From: Cenarchaeum sp.
GTDB lineage: Archaea > Thermoproteota > Nitrososphaeria > Nitrososphaerales > Nitrosopumilaceae
DNA length: 64,000 bases
NCBI GenBank assembly: GCA_963692915.1
Contig: OY843584.1
Location: 1,376,001 to 1,440,000 of the forward strand
Direction: 5' to 3'
Within the stretch, counting starts at the first letter, position 1. Every line of letters begins with the position of its first letter. The notes beneath the pieces are model-generated. The model made no database searches, was not told the origin of the DNA, and worked only from the letters and a program-made list of their open reading frames with translations. Shown here one piece after another: positions 9,394 to 18,496 of the stretch. The position numbers and the translations under genes are program-made.

Positions 9394-10453
9394 CGCACCC
9401 TCCTGTGGTCAAGTCTATGCAGGTGGCGCCTGCGTCATAGTGCATCTGTATCCTCGAGAGCAGCCAGAGTGTGGCGCTGCCGGGATTGCGTTTTTTGAGC
9501 GTGATGAGAAGCGCGGGGGAGTCCTCGTATTTGGTCGAGATTGCGGTGCTCAGGTACGTTCCGCTGCCCCCGTCAAAGGTCGGAACATAGTGGCACGTGT
9601 CTCCCTGCCTGAGGTGTCTCTCTAGCATGCGCGGAAACCTGGGATTCCCAAACACAATGTCCACAAACCGCTGCACGTCCTCGATCTTTTTTGAGAGCAG
9701 AATCGTGACCCCGCCGCCGATGTCGGTGAGGTCCGGGCCCATAAGGCAGCCCGTGCTGCACTCCTCGACCCTGGTGGCCATCCTTGCGTACCTCTCCCTG
9801 ACCATGCCGGCGAGGCGCAGGTGCGCCTCCACACACGTCCCGTCCCTTGCGGCGATCCACCCATCGCAGTCAGCGTCGATCTCCACGTGGCCGGAGCCGT
9901 CGGCCCCGGCACCCCTCGCGCGCACTGTTCCCAGGACCGTGCGGCCGGCCACCATGCGCGTCTCCTGGCGGCTCGCCCGCGCTGTGCCGTTGAGGCCGTT
10001 TACGTCACTGCGCCACTCGTTGACGCACTCGTTCAGCGCGCGCGGCCCTATCCAGGCGCGGTTGACCTGCGTCGTGTAGATGAGGAGCGCCATCGCATAG
10101 GCGGCGACCCTGTCAGGAGCCAGCGTGTGCACAAGGCAAAACCTCCCCATGCGCCGATCCAGGTACAGCTCGCAGTCCGGCACAAGCTTTCGGTAGGCGC
10201 GGCTCCCTGGCTGCAGCTCCCCGACGTAGCGGGGCACCAGCGTGGAGACGCCGGCCACTCCGGTTGGCGTCTCGGTCCACCCCATGTACGGCCGGCGGCT
10301 TGTCAGGGCGCGACCGTGCTCGAGGTCGGCGACGAACGTCTTTAGCCCCATGGATCCCGCGGTTTCCATGCCAACGCGCATCATGGCGCGCAGCGCCCCG
10401 TCAATCTCGGCGCCGGTGCGCACCGACCCAAGCCCTGCCACTACGGCCGTCAT
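9386..10453 (-). CDS. Hypothetical protein coupled to the PD-(D/E)XK gene
   Basis: Long ORF, likely start MTAVVAG at 10453; the longer 546 aa call overlaps a MITE and the opposite-strand gene. Confidence 0.55.
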   Translation of the reverse strand: MTAVVAGLGSVRTGAEIDGALRAMMRVGMETAGSMGLKTFVADLEHGRALTSRRPYMGWTETPTGVAGVSTLVPRYVGELQPGSRAYRKLVPDCELYLDRRMGRFCLVHTLAPDRVAAYAMALLIYTTQVNRAWIGPRALNECVNEWRSDVNGLNGTARASRQETRMVAGRTVLGTVRARGAGADGSGHVEIDADCDGWIAARDGTCVEAHLRLAGMVRERYARMATRVEECSTGCLMGPDLTDIGGGVTILLSKKIEDVQRFVDIVFGNPRFPRMLERHLRQGDTCHYVPTFDGGSGTYLSTAISTKYEDSPALLITLKKRNPGSATLWLLSRIQMHYDAGATCIDLTTGGCGG

Positions 10454-10505
10454 GGCATGCGTCAGACCCCATGCCAAATATATCCATTTGCCGAGCACAA
10501 GCTTT

Positions 10506-10627
10506 TGCCTTGCATGAAAATTGGTGGGGTGGGCAGGAACGCCTGCAGGGCGCAGATCAGGCGGATCCGGAAACCTGGGGCGGGTAGAGGACACGAACGG
10601 GCAGCGCTCCTGCTTTCCGTATAAAAC
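10506..10627 (+). mobile_element. IS481-derived MITE (family B)
   Basis: TGCCTTGCATGAAAA...GGGCGCAGATC...TTTCCGTATAAAACA. Confidence 0.65.
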
Positions 10628-10679
10628 AAAAGAGCAAGTCATTGAAAAACTATTTACGTGTGCGAGGCAATAACTGTGC

Positions 10680-11885
10680 GTGAGCAGGGAGTTGGGGGTT
10701 GGATCGGGCAAGGAGATCGGCGACGAGCATCTATGCAAGTGTGGCGATTGGTTTGGCATAGAATTTCTCGAACTGGGAAAGGTAAAAGGCATACACGTGG
10801 ACGATCGTGTCCCCGTGCGAGTGTGCCCATCATGCAAGAACACGAAAATTCCCACCCATGTTGGGGCCCTGATTTCGCAGGCTGTCAAAGAGGCCAAGCG
10901 GCGGAAAACGCAAAAGTGCCGAGTCAGCACAAGAGAACACAGATTCAAACTGTGCCCAAATGTGGAGTTCAAATATTCTAGTGTTGATCTAGAGCTAATT
11001 CCCGGACTAAAGCGCCTGACAGGCAAGGTGGACGGGTATTACGTTCCCGTGTTTTTTAATGAAGCTGTGCTGATAAAATACGCCTTTCAAGACGGATATT
11101 CAATAGTGCCGATTGGCGCTGGTGGGCAGATTAACTTTGGTGAATGCAGTCTAGACTATGGTAGAAATAGGCATGGAGACCTATTTTGTTGGCTTGGAAA
11201 TCTTGATAAAATTCCACAAAACGAACAGCAGTATATGTTGTCAGAGAACATAGAGTCCAAACATGACATAGTTTCAGATCTCTACAGAAAAACATGTTTC
11301 AGCATACCAGTAGAGGACTCTGATGAACAAAAGTTGATAAAATCGATGGAGAGATTCGGGCATAAATCGCAAATGAAATTCGGAACAAAAATATGCAATT
11401 TGGATAAAGAGCGGCATGCAATTGCTGAAAAAATGATCAGGCCGGTAATTTGGAATGAATATATGGCGGGCGCAGTCTGTGATTTAGCCGGCATTTGCAT
11501 GGACTCCATTAATGTAAAATTTCAAAGGGGCGAACTAGACGAAGATCAAGTTTGGAAGAAAAGGCTTTGTCTTCTAGAAGATTGGATAAGTGGAAAGCTT
11601 GCGTTTGATGGACAAAGCACGATGAGGCCCTTTTTTGTGCTATATGACTGGTTCATGTGTCTGTCTCGCGGCTATGGTGAGGGGAGTGACAAGATACTAG
11701 ACTCATGCTATGATCGAATGGAATTAAAAGAGCATAAAGGTGATGCTGAAAAACTGTATGATCGCATAGTCTCGGAGATTACACAATCGTATATTCAGCT
11801 AGCTGAGAGAACCGATGCGATGGACTCGGTTCAGGCAAATGAGACGGTGCACGGATCTTCACAGCAAAAGCTTGTCGTCGACTAG
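10680..11885 (+). CDS. Low-GC hypothetical protein with an N-terminal Zn-ribbon
   Basis: CKC...VRVCPSC; 401 aa; AT-rich relative to core genes. Confidence 0.7.
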   Translation: MSRELGVGSGKEIGDEHLCKCGDWFGIEFLELGKVKGIHVDDRVPVRVCPSCKNTKIPTHVGALISQAVKEAKRRKTQKCRVSTREHRFKLCPNVEFKYSSVDLELIPGLKRLTGKVDGYYVPVFFNEAVLIKYAFQDGYSIVPIGAGGQINFGECSLDYGRNRHGDLFCWLGNLDKIPQNEQQYMLSENIESKHDIVSDLYRKTCFSIPVEDSDEQKLIKSMERFGHKSQMKFGTKICNLDKERHAIAEKMIRPVIWNEYMAGAVCDLAGICMDSINVKFQRGELDEDQVWKKRLCLLEDWISGKLAFDGQSTMRPFFVLYDWFMCLSRGYGEGSDKILDSCYDRMELKEHKGDAEKLYDRIVSEITQSYIQLAERTDAMDSVQANETVHGSSQQKLVVD

Positions 11886-12058
11886 CGGCACGGCCACGGG
11901 GGGAGCTGACCTTGTTGAAGCCTGTGGTTCGGATCTGTGGAGGTTGTCTGTGCGTGCGCACTCTGAACCGCCCCCCTTGGCTGGTCGCCCTGTCAGGCAC
12001 ATGATCGACTATTGAATTCCTTAAAGGGTTTATTTGGTTCCCCGCCCGCCACCTGATT

Positions 12059-12132
12059 CAAGGTGAAAAGCCGGTCTGAGGGCCACCCCAGGGGCGGCGG
12101 CGGCGGCGGCCATATGGCCGCACCGTCGCCTC
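12059..12132 (+). ncRNA. Candidate DUF3800-associated two-hairpin small RNA, orphan copy
   Basis: TTTATTT at 12029, CAAGG 30 nt later, hairpin 1, CCAGGGG linker, hairpin 2 GCGGCC-ATAT-GGCCGC. Confidence 0.5.
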
Positions 12133-12241
12133 GCTTTTAAGATATGAAAGGTGCCAGAACCGGCTTTGGGGCAATACACAATTGAGCGCATCCACGAGAG
12201 ACCCCCTCTCGGGATATCCATTCGTGGACAAAGCCTGACGC

Positions 12242-12339
12242 GTATGAGGCCAGCACCACTGCCCCTTTTGGTCAAATAGGCGCGATCTTGCTGTGACATC
12301 TGGCCTAAACATGTGCGTACGGCAGTGTTGGCCTCATGC
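12242..12339. mobile_element. MITE family A copy
   Basis: GTATGAGGCCAGCACC ... GTGTTGGCCTCATGC inverted ends. Confidence 0.7.
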
Positions 12340-12392
12340 ACACCCCGCGCGGCAACAAGTTATATGGTAACGCAGTCGGCCTCTGTGCGCAG

Positions 12393-13115
12393 ATGAGGCG
12401 CTTTACGCAGGCAGAGGCCAAGGAGATAGGCGACGGCCTGGACACGCCAGAGGCGACCCTAGAGTGGGCACTCGGCGAGCTCCACCCAAGGATAGCAAAG
12501 GCGTCTAGCCTCGGGGCCGAGGACTCGGTCATAATACACATGATGGCCGCCATCAGAAAGGACGCGCGCCTCATCACGCTTGACACGGGCCGGCTCAACG
12601 CCGAGACGTACGAGGTCATGGAGACCATGAAGGAGAGGTACGGCGTGCGCTTTGAGGTCGTCTGCCCCGAGGCAGCCGAGGTCTCCGAGATGGTCAACGA
12701 GCACGGGGTAAACCTCTTTTACAAGAGTGTCGAGAACCGCATCATGTGCTGCGGCGTGCGAAAGGTAAACCCGCTAAAGCGCGCCCTCGCCGGACTCGAC
12801 GCGTGGATAACGGGGGTTCGCTCCGATCAGACCGAGAACCGGCGCGATGCGGGCCGCATAGAGGTCGATGAGAGCCACGGCGGGATACTAAAGGTAAACC
12901 CGCTCGTGTCGTGGACGTGGGATGATGTCTGGTCCTATATCAAAAAGAATGACATTCCGTATCACCCGCTGCTTGACAGCGGATACAAGAGCATAGGTTG
13001 CGCGCCGTGCACGCGCGCGGTTCGCGACGGCGAGGGCCTGCGCGACGGGCGATGGTGGTGGGAGGGCCAGTCCGGCAGCAAAGAGTGCGGCCTCCACGTG
13101 GAGCGTGGTGCATAG
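12393..13115 (+). CDS. cysH: Adenylyl-/phosphoadenylyl-sulfate reductase (4Fe-4S type)
   Basis: [24 protein letters not shown] and KECGLH motifs. Confidence 0.92.
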   Translation: MRRFTQAEAKEIGDGLDTPEATLEWALGELHPRIAKASSLGAEDSVIIHMMAAIRKDARLITLDTGRLNAETYEVMETMKERYGVRFEVVCPEAAEVSEMVNEHGVNLFYKSVENRIMCCGVRKVNPLKRALAGLDAWITGVRSDQTENRRDAGRIEVDESHGGILKVNPLVSWTWDDVWSYIKKNDIPYHPLLDSGYKSIGCAPCTRAVRDGEGLRDGRWWWEGQSGSKECGLHVERGA

Positions 13116-13117
13116 CC

Positions 13118-14245
13118 ATGGCAATAAAGCCACACGGCGGCAAGCTCGTCAACTGTGTCTCCTCCGAGTCAGCGCCAGACGGACTCGCCGAGCTCGAGGT
13201 GCGGGCCGGCGCGATGAGTGACATTGAGAATATCGCCGACGGGATATTCAGTCCCCTAGAGGGGTTTCTCGGCGAGGCAGACCTGGCCGCCGTCATCAAG
13301 GGCGGCAGGCTAGCTGACGGAACCGCCTGGACGATTCCCATACTCCTTGACGTCAGCGCAGAGGACGCAAAGGCCGCACTCGATGCCGGCGAGGTACTGC
13401 TGCGCGAGGGCGAGGGCAGGGCAGTGATGCAGGTAGAGGAGTCCCATACGCTTGATCGCGGCGCGCTTGCGCGCGGGATATACGGGACGGAGGATGCGGC
13501 CCACCCCGGAGTGGCGAGCACGGCGGCGATGCGCGAGGCGCTCCTTGGGGGCAAGATACGCCTCATCAGGCGGCCGGCGGACTCGACTCTGAGGCGGCGA
13601 AGGATGACTCCAGTGCAGACGCGCGAGGCCTTTGAGGCCGCCGGCTGGAAGGAGATCGTCGCGTTTCAGACGCGCAACCCGCCGCACGTCGCCCACGAGA
13701 TGCTCCAAAAGGCAGCGCTGGCCACGCGCGACGGCGTGTTCGTCAACCCGCTCGTGGGCAAGAAAAAATCCGGTGACTTTGCCGATGATGTCATCATAGG
13801 CGCGTATGAGGAGATGATTCGCGCATACTATCCGGAGAACCGCTGTGTCCTAGGCACGCTCCACACGGAGATGAGGTATGCCGGCCCAAAGGAGGCCATA
13901 CACCACGCGATAATGCGCCAGAACTATGGCTGCACGCACATCATTATCGGCCGTGACCACGCCGGTGTAGGCAAGTACTATGAGCCCTTTGCGGCACACG
14001 AGATATTTGGCTCGTACGGCGACCTCGACATAGAGCCCGTATTTTTCCCCGCCGTCTTTTACTGCAGCTCGTGCCTTGCGTTCTCTACTGCAAAGGGGTG
14101 TCCGCACGGCCCTGAGAGCCGCCTCAACGTGTCTGGCACGGCGCTGCGCGAGATGTTCCAGGCCGGCAAGACGCCAAGCGAGTACACGATGCGCCCAGAG
14201 GTAACGCGCCTCATAGAGGGCCACGCCTCGCCGTTTGTGGAGTGA
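13118..14245 (+). CDS. sat: Sulfate adenylyltransferase
   Basis: [21 protein letters not shown] and GRDHAGVG motifs. Confidence 0.95.
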   Translation: MAIKPHGGKLVNCVSSESAPDGLAELEVRAGAMSDIENIADGIFSPLEGFLGEADLAAVIKGGRLADGTAWTIPILLDVSAEDAKAALDAGEVLLREGEGRAVMQVEESHTLDRGALARGIYGTEDAAHPGVASTAAMREALLGGKIRLIRRPADSTLRRRRMTPVQTREAFEAAGWKEIVAFQTRNPPHVAHEMLQKAALATRDGVFVNPLVGKKKSGDFADDVIIGAYEEMIRAYYPENRCVLGTLHTEMRYAGPKEAIHHAIMRQNYGCTHIIIGRDHAGVGKYYEPFAAHEIFGSYGDLDIEPVFFPAVFYCSSCLAFSTAKGCPHGPESRLNVSGTALREMFQAGKTPSEYTMRPEVTRLIEGHASPFVE

Positions 14246-14248
14246 GCA

Positions 14249-14914
14249 ATGAGGGCAGCACTCGCGCTCGTGGCCCTGGCAACAGTCACGCTTGGCGCAC
14301 ACGCGCAAGAGGAGATAAACCCGTCACTTGGCATAGTCGACATCAATGTTGGCGCGGCTGACTTTAACGTCGTCGCGCGCGATGCCACAGTGAACGGACT
14401 TGATGCGGTCCATGACACGAGCTGGCAGGTGACCATACGCAACGGCCTAGAGTATGTCGAGGGCGGCAAGGGTGCGGTCCTGCGCCTCCATGACGCCGAG
14501 GAGGAGGGCAAGTTCATCGAGGTCGGCATGGGTCCGACGCCAGACAGGATGTTCTGGGCCGCAGTCAGCCTGCCTAGTGCCGAGGGGTACGTGCCGGTCC
14601 ACTCGATGGCCGAGCGCGGGTGGTCCCCGTCATCGGCAGTCATCGTCGCGTACACGGATCGCGCCGGAATGACGATAAACAATGGCCAGAGGATCGTCGT
14701 CTCAAACCTTGATGTCGGCGAGTTTGCGATATCGTCATGGTCGGCGCACGCAGTAGAGTCGTACCTTGATGGGCCCTCAGTGGCGTCTGGCACGTACTCT
14801 TTTGAGATACTCTCAGGAGATCCCGCCGAGAACGCGTTTCACCTATTTCCGTTCTATGTTACCGCGGCCGTGGGCGCGCTGGCAGGGCTCCTCTTTTTGA
14901 CAAAGCGCCGCTGA
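14249..14914 (+). CDS. Secreted or membrane-anchored hypothetical protein
   Basis: Signal peptide; C-terminal transmembrane segment followed by KRR. Confidence 0.75.
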   Translation: MRAALALVALATVTLGAHAQEEINPSLGIVDINVGAADFNVVARDATVNGLDAVHDTSWQVTIRNGLEYVEGGKGAVLRLHDAEEEGKFIEVGMGPTPDRMFWAAVSLPSAEGYVPVHSMAERGWSPSSAVIVAYTDRAGMTINNGQRIVVSNLDVGEFAISSWSAHAVESYLDGPSVASGTYSFEILSGDPAENAFHLFPFYVTAAVGALAGLLFLTKRR

Positions 14915-14922
14915 GACGTGCG

Positions 14923-15621
14923 CTATTTGGCCCGCTTACGCACCGGTGCCCCGCGAGTTATACTGCGATAGTATGCGCAGTGTCGGCGTATCTTGCACAC
15001 GTCGCACATTGGCGATATGGGCTTGCAGATGTTCTGACCATACATGACAAACGTGTCGTTTATCTCTAGCCAGTATCGCCGCGGAATCGCCTCGGTGAGC
15101 GCAGCCTCAGTCTCCTCGGGCGTCTTTGTGCTTGCGATGCCAAGGCGGTTTGATATGCGGTGGACATGTATGTCCACGGGTATGGCCGGCTCGTCAAACG
15201 CGTAAACTAGGACACAGTTTGCAGTCTTGCGCCCAACGCCGGGAAGCTCTAGGAGCGCGTCGAGGCGTTTTGGGACGCGACCCCCATGGCGCGAGGAGAT
15301 GATCCTGGCCACGTCGATTATGCGGCGCGCCTTTACGCGATAGAATCCAATCGAGTGGATTATGCGCTCCACGTCGCGAACCCTTGCGCCGGCGAGTTCG
15401 GTCGGTGTCCTGTACCGCTCAAAGAGGCGGCGCACGACCTTGGCCGTGTTCTCATCCCTTGTGCGCGCCGAGAGGATTGTGCCGATGAGTATGCTAAACG
15501 GGCCAGTCTCGGCCTCGTGGAGCTCGCGCAGTGCCGTCATGCGCGGTGGGCGGACGGCCTTCATCGTGGATCGCATGCCCGTCAGTATCTCCCTGATCGG
15601 CGGGGTGCGGCGTGGCGCCAT
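14923..15621 (-). CDS. nth: Endonuclease III
   Basis: HhH motif LPGVGRKTA, VDIHV, and the C-x6-C-x2-C-x5-C cluster motif. Confidence 0.93.
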   Translation of the reverse strand: MAPRRTPPIREILTGMRSTMKAVRPPRMTALRELHEAETGPFSILIGTILSARTRDENTAKVVRRLFERYRTPTELAGARVRDVERIIHSIGFYRVKARRIIDVARIISSRHGGRVPKRLDALLELPGVGRKTANCVLVYAFDEPAIPVDIHVHRISNRLGIASTKTPEETEAALTEAIPRRYWLEINDTFVMYGQNICKPISPMCDVCKIRRHCAYYRSITRGAPVRKRAK

Positions 15622-15864
15622 GCGCGCCGTGTTGGCGCAGGGGTGTATATATCACGTCGTGGCAGGGTTAGAGTCCGGGGCACACGGGGCAGGGTGTACA
15701 GTCGGCAGGCATTCCTGCCCAGTCTGCTATTCGTGCAATGCAGTAACGCTAATGATGACGAGGGCGCCGACCTGTCCAGTTCTGACCAATAATTGAGGCA
15801 ACAGGTGTGGTGTTTTTGCGATCAGCTCGCAGGTGTTTTATATTGGCAATTTTGAGCACTTCTA

Positions 15865-16692
15865 TTGAGCTCGTCGAATTTGCGTGATCGCAACCTGATC
15901 GATACCCTGGCTTCCCACATCGACACTGCAATCAAGGCATCTCCCTGCACGTGCGCCACGCTGCGCTCTGACGTGATCCTAGAGCTGGTTCTAAAGTACG
16001 GCCTTGACTCGAGGAGACGCATTCCCTGGTTTCGGCAACTATCCAATGACGCTCAAGAAAAATTTGGGCGTGCATTATTGAACTCTGGCAAAGAACAATT
16101 AACGAACATGCAAATCAGATACATTTATCGTACCCAGGTTCCCTCATCTGAGATGGCTGAGCGCAATAATAAGCAAAACGACATGTTTCAGGCACATAAA
16201 CTCGGCAATGCTGCCCGTGACTATGAGGAAGTTGCAGTCGCATACAATGCCTTGCTCCGATACCTGTGGTCTGGCGCAACTGTGCTCTCACGCTCCATAC
16301 ACGATAGTGGGGAACTCAATAGCATGCTGTCCATACACCGGCTTCGCTCGATTCGGCGCAATTTTGTGTCTACGTCAATCACCCAATCCCCCTGGTTCAG
16401 TCACCTCGACGTGTCATATCGCATCAAGGTCACTGACCGGTATAGGGAACACGCATTACCGCTCACATACACGTCCATTTTTGCCGTCGCAAGACCGGAG
16501 GTTCTTGCCGGACCCAAGAGCATTCGCTATCCGGAAGACGAGGTACGCATAAAAAATGGAACCTCGATTGAAAAGAATACGCTTGAGGTTTTCTTTCGCT
16601 TCAAAACGCCCCCTTCAAAGTCCCTAACGAGTGAACTGATCGAATCGTACTCCCCCCTTGGACCCGTGCACATTGAATGTTGCAGTCGATAA
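15865..16692 (+). CDS. Putative R-S-E class ADP-ribosyltransferase
   Basis: Ordered motifs VLSR ... FVSTS ... YRIKV ... EDEV; TTG start about 25 nt after TTTTATAT. Confidence 0.55.
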   Translation: MSSSNLRDRNLIDTLASHIDTAIKASPCTCATLRSDVILELVLKYGLDSRRRIPWFRQLSNDAQEKFGRALLNSGKEQLTNMQIRYIYRTQVPSSEMAERNNKQNDMFQAHKLGNAARDYEEVAVAYNALLRYLWSGATVLSRSIHDSGELNSMLSIHRLRSIRRNFVSTSITQSPWFSHLDVSYRIKVTDRYREHALPLTYTSIFAVARPEVLAGPKSIRYPEDEVRIKNGTSIEKNTLEVFFRFKTPPSKSLTSELIESYSPLGPVHIECCSR

Positions 16693-16895
16693 GCTTCCGT
16701 GCAAGTCGATGATCCTGGCGGCCATCACACAGCTGCACGGTGTGTCAGGAGGACGGCTATGACCACATGGTGACAACACGGTGGGTTGCCCACAGGTTCG
16801 CCCTAGCTCTAAACCCAGACAGCGCGCGCCTGTGTCTGTAGTCACGCCTGCACGTGACACTAGGCTTAATAGGCGCAACGCCACAAGGAAGCCCA

Positions 16896-17150
16896 ATGGA
16901 CGCACACCGTGAAGGCATGAGGCTCATCGCCCAAGGTCTTCAATACTATGGCCCTGTTTCTGCCGCAGAGATCATGACGCGGCTCATAGGGTTGTTCTCC
17001 GAAAAGGAGGCATGGGATGTGATCGCAGAAGCCGAGAAGATCGGCATGATCGAGCGCGCCGAGATGATCTTCGAGGGGGCAGCCCCAGAAGAGCAAGAGT
17101 GGCGCCTCGTCAAGGGATTCGACGTGGAGCAGCTAGAGATACCTGCATAG
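16896..17150 (+). CDS. Small putative winged-helix protein, paralog of 5615-5872
   Basis: Clear paralogy; CTTAATA box upstream. Confidence 0.7.
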   Translation: MDAHREGMRLIAQGLQYYGPVSAAEIMTRLIGLFSEKEAWDVIAEAEKIGMIERAEMIFEGAAPEEQEWRLVKGFDVEQLEIPA

Positions 17151-17236
17151 ACAAACACCCATCCTCCCTTGTTTTGGCTTACTCTGCACATCCTGTGCAC
17201 TTTCATTTCTGACTTTGGGCGTATGCTAGTCGTTTT

Positions 17237-17504
17237 TACTGCCTTGTACGAAAAGTAGGAGCGGGGCAAGATGTCTTGCCGGGCGCAGATCCTGGAGCCC
17301 TAAGAAAGTCAGCGGGCTCGACAGGCTGCCAAAACACGTACTTGGGATCTCTGGCGTCGGCGAGCCATGCGGGTCAGGAGGCTTGACGGGCGGGCGCTCC
17401 GGCACGTGGCCAGGACGCTGGCATTGAGGCGGAGGCCGACGTGCGAGAGCCATGGGTGGGCGGAGAGGACAAATGGGCAAGTCTACGTTTTGTGCAAGGC
17501 AGCA
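17237..17504 (+). mobile_element. Internally deleted IS481 derivative
   Basis: TGCCTTGTACGAAAAGTAG left end, about 190 nt matching the IS481 5' region including the first transposase codons, then AGTCTACGTTTTGTGCAAGGCA. Confidence 0.75.
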
Positions 17505-17576
17505 TACTCCCCAAGATCAATATTTTTATTAGCGCGAAGTGCATAGTCGCCTCTTTATTAATAAGAGCTGGGGTTG

Positions 17577-17990
17577 ATGCGGCGCTCATCAAGTATGCAC
17601 GGTGCGCGCATGATCGAGTTATTATTGCGGTGGCTCGCGGGGGTGGGCATGGTCTTTGGCAAGAGTCGGCACGTGGGTCAAGAGTGGGCACGCCTCCAGG
17701 AGGCCGAGGCAAAGCACGGCAAGGAGAGCCGTGAATATTCAAAGGCGCTATCGCGGTGGATAAGGTGCCTCAAGACCGAGGCGGCCGTGGCCACAAAGCG
17801 CGCATACATTGCGATGGGGAATCTACGCGCAGCCGGCGCAAGGGTCAGCAAGGCCAAGACCCTCCACGGAGTGGACAGCAAAGAGTATGAGGAGGCAATG
17901 GCCGAATTCAAGGAAGCCGAGGAGCGAACCGCCGAGGCCATGCGCGCACTAGAGCCGATCCAGCGCGCGGCGCTCTCGATCGACATATAG
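17577..17990 (+). CDS. Helical hypothetical protein with two (H/Y)GxxSxEYxxA motifs
   Basis: KHGKESREYSKA and LHGVDSKEYEEA; start uncertain (17577 or 17610). Confidence 0.6.
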   Translation: MRRSSSMHGARMIELLLRWLAGVGMVFGKSRHVGQEWARLQEAEAKHGKESREYSKALSRWIRCLKTEAAVATKRAYIAMGNLRAAGARVSKAKTLHGVDSKEYEEAMAEFKEAEERTAEAMRALEPIQRAALSIDI

Positions 17991-18035
17991 GCCGATCCGC
18001 TAACTTTTTTATTGATCCACGCGTGGCGCGTGGAC

Positions 18036-18473
18036 ATGAATCTGTTTGGGAGCGGTGGTCTCGGGGCGATCAGGGCACGTCTCCGTGTGCGCCGCAAGGA
18101 GGTTCCTGACACGAACGTGTTTGGCAGGGGCGGCAGCGGCAAGAAAGAGTGGGTCGAGCTCTGCAGGGCACGGGCCACTTACGGCGAGCAGAGTCCCGAG
18201 TATACGCGCGCCGGAACCGCATGGATCGCGTTCCTTGGGGCCGAGACGCGTGTCCTGGGTGCCGAGACGCTAAAGGTCGAGCAAGAGAGCGAGGAGCTGC
18301 AGGCCAAGGTCATGAAGATAATCGAAAAGTATGGGAGAAACAGCCCCGAGTTCACCGAGGCTCTAAAGGAGATCGAGGAGATGGGTGTAAAGATCGCAAA
18401 GGTGACCAAGAGGTTAAAGGCTCTGCGAGCCGCAACAAACTCGTATTTTGCGAGCTTGCCCAAATCGTTATAA
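18036..18473 (+). CDS. Helical hypothetical protein, distant paralog of the preceding gene
   Basis: TYGEQSPEYTRA and KYGRNSPEFTEA. Confidence 0.65.
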   Translation: MNLFGSGGLGAIRARLRVRRKEVPDTNVFGRGGSGKKEWVELCRARATYGEQSPEYTRAGTAWIAFLGAETRVLGAETLKVEQESEELQAKVMKIIEKYGRNSPEFTEALKEIEEMGVKIAKVTKRLKALRAATNSYFASLPKSL

Positions 18474-18496
18474 CCGCGCCGGCTCTGCGCGCGAAC

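Noticed and set aside
10454-11026. N-terminal extension of the 546-aa ORF
   Set aside because: It crosses a MITE and overlaps the + strand gene at 10680; the start at 10453 is more plausible.
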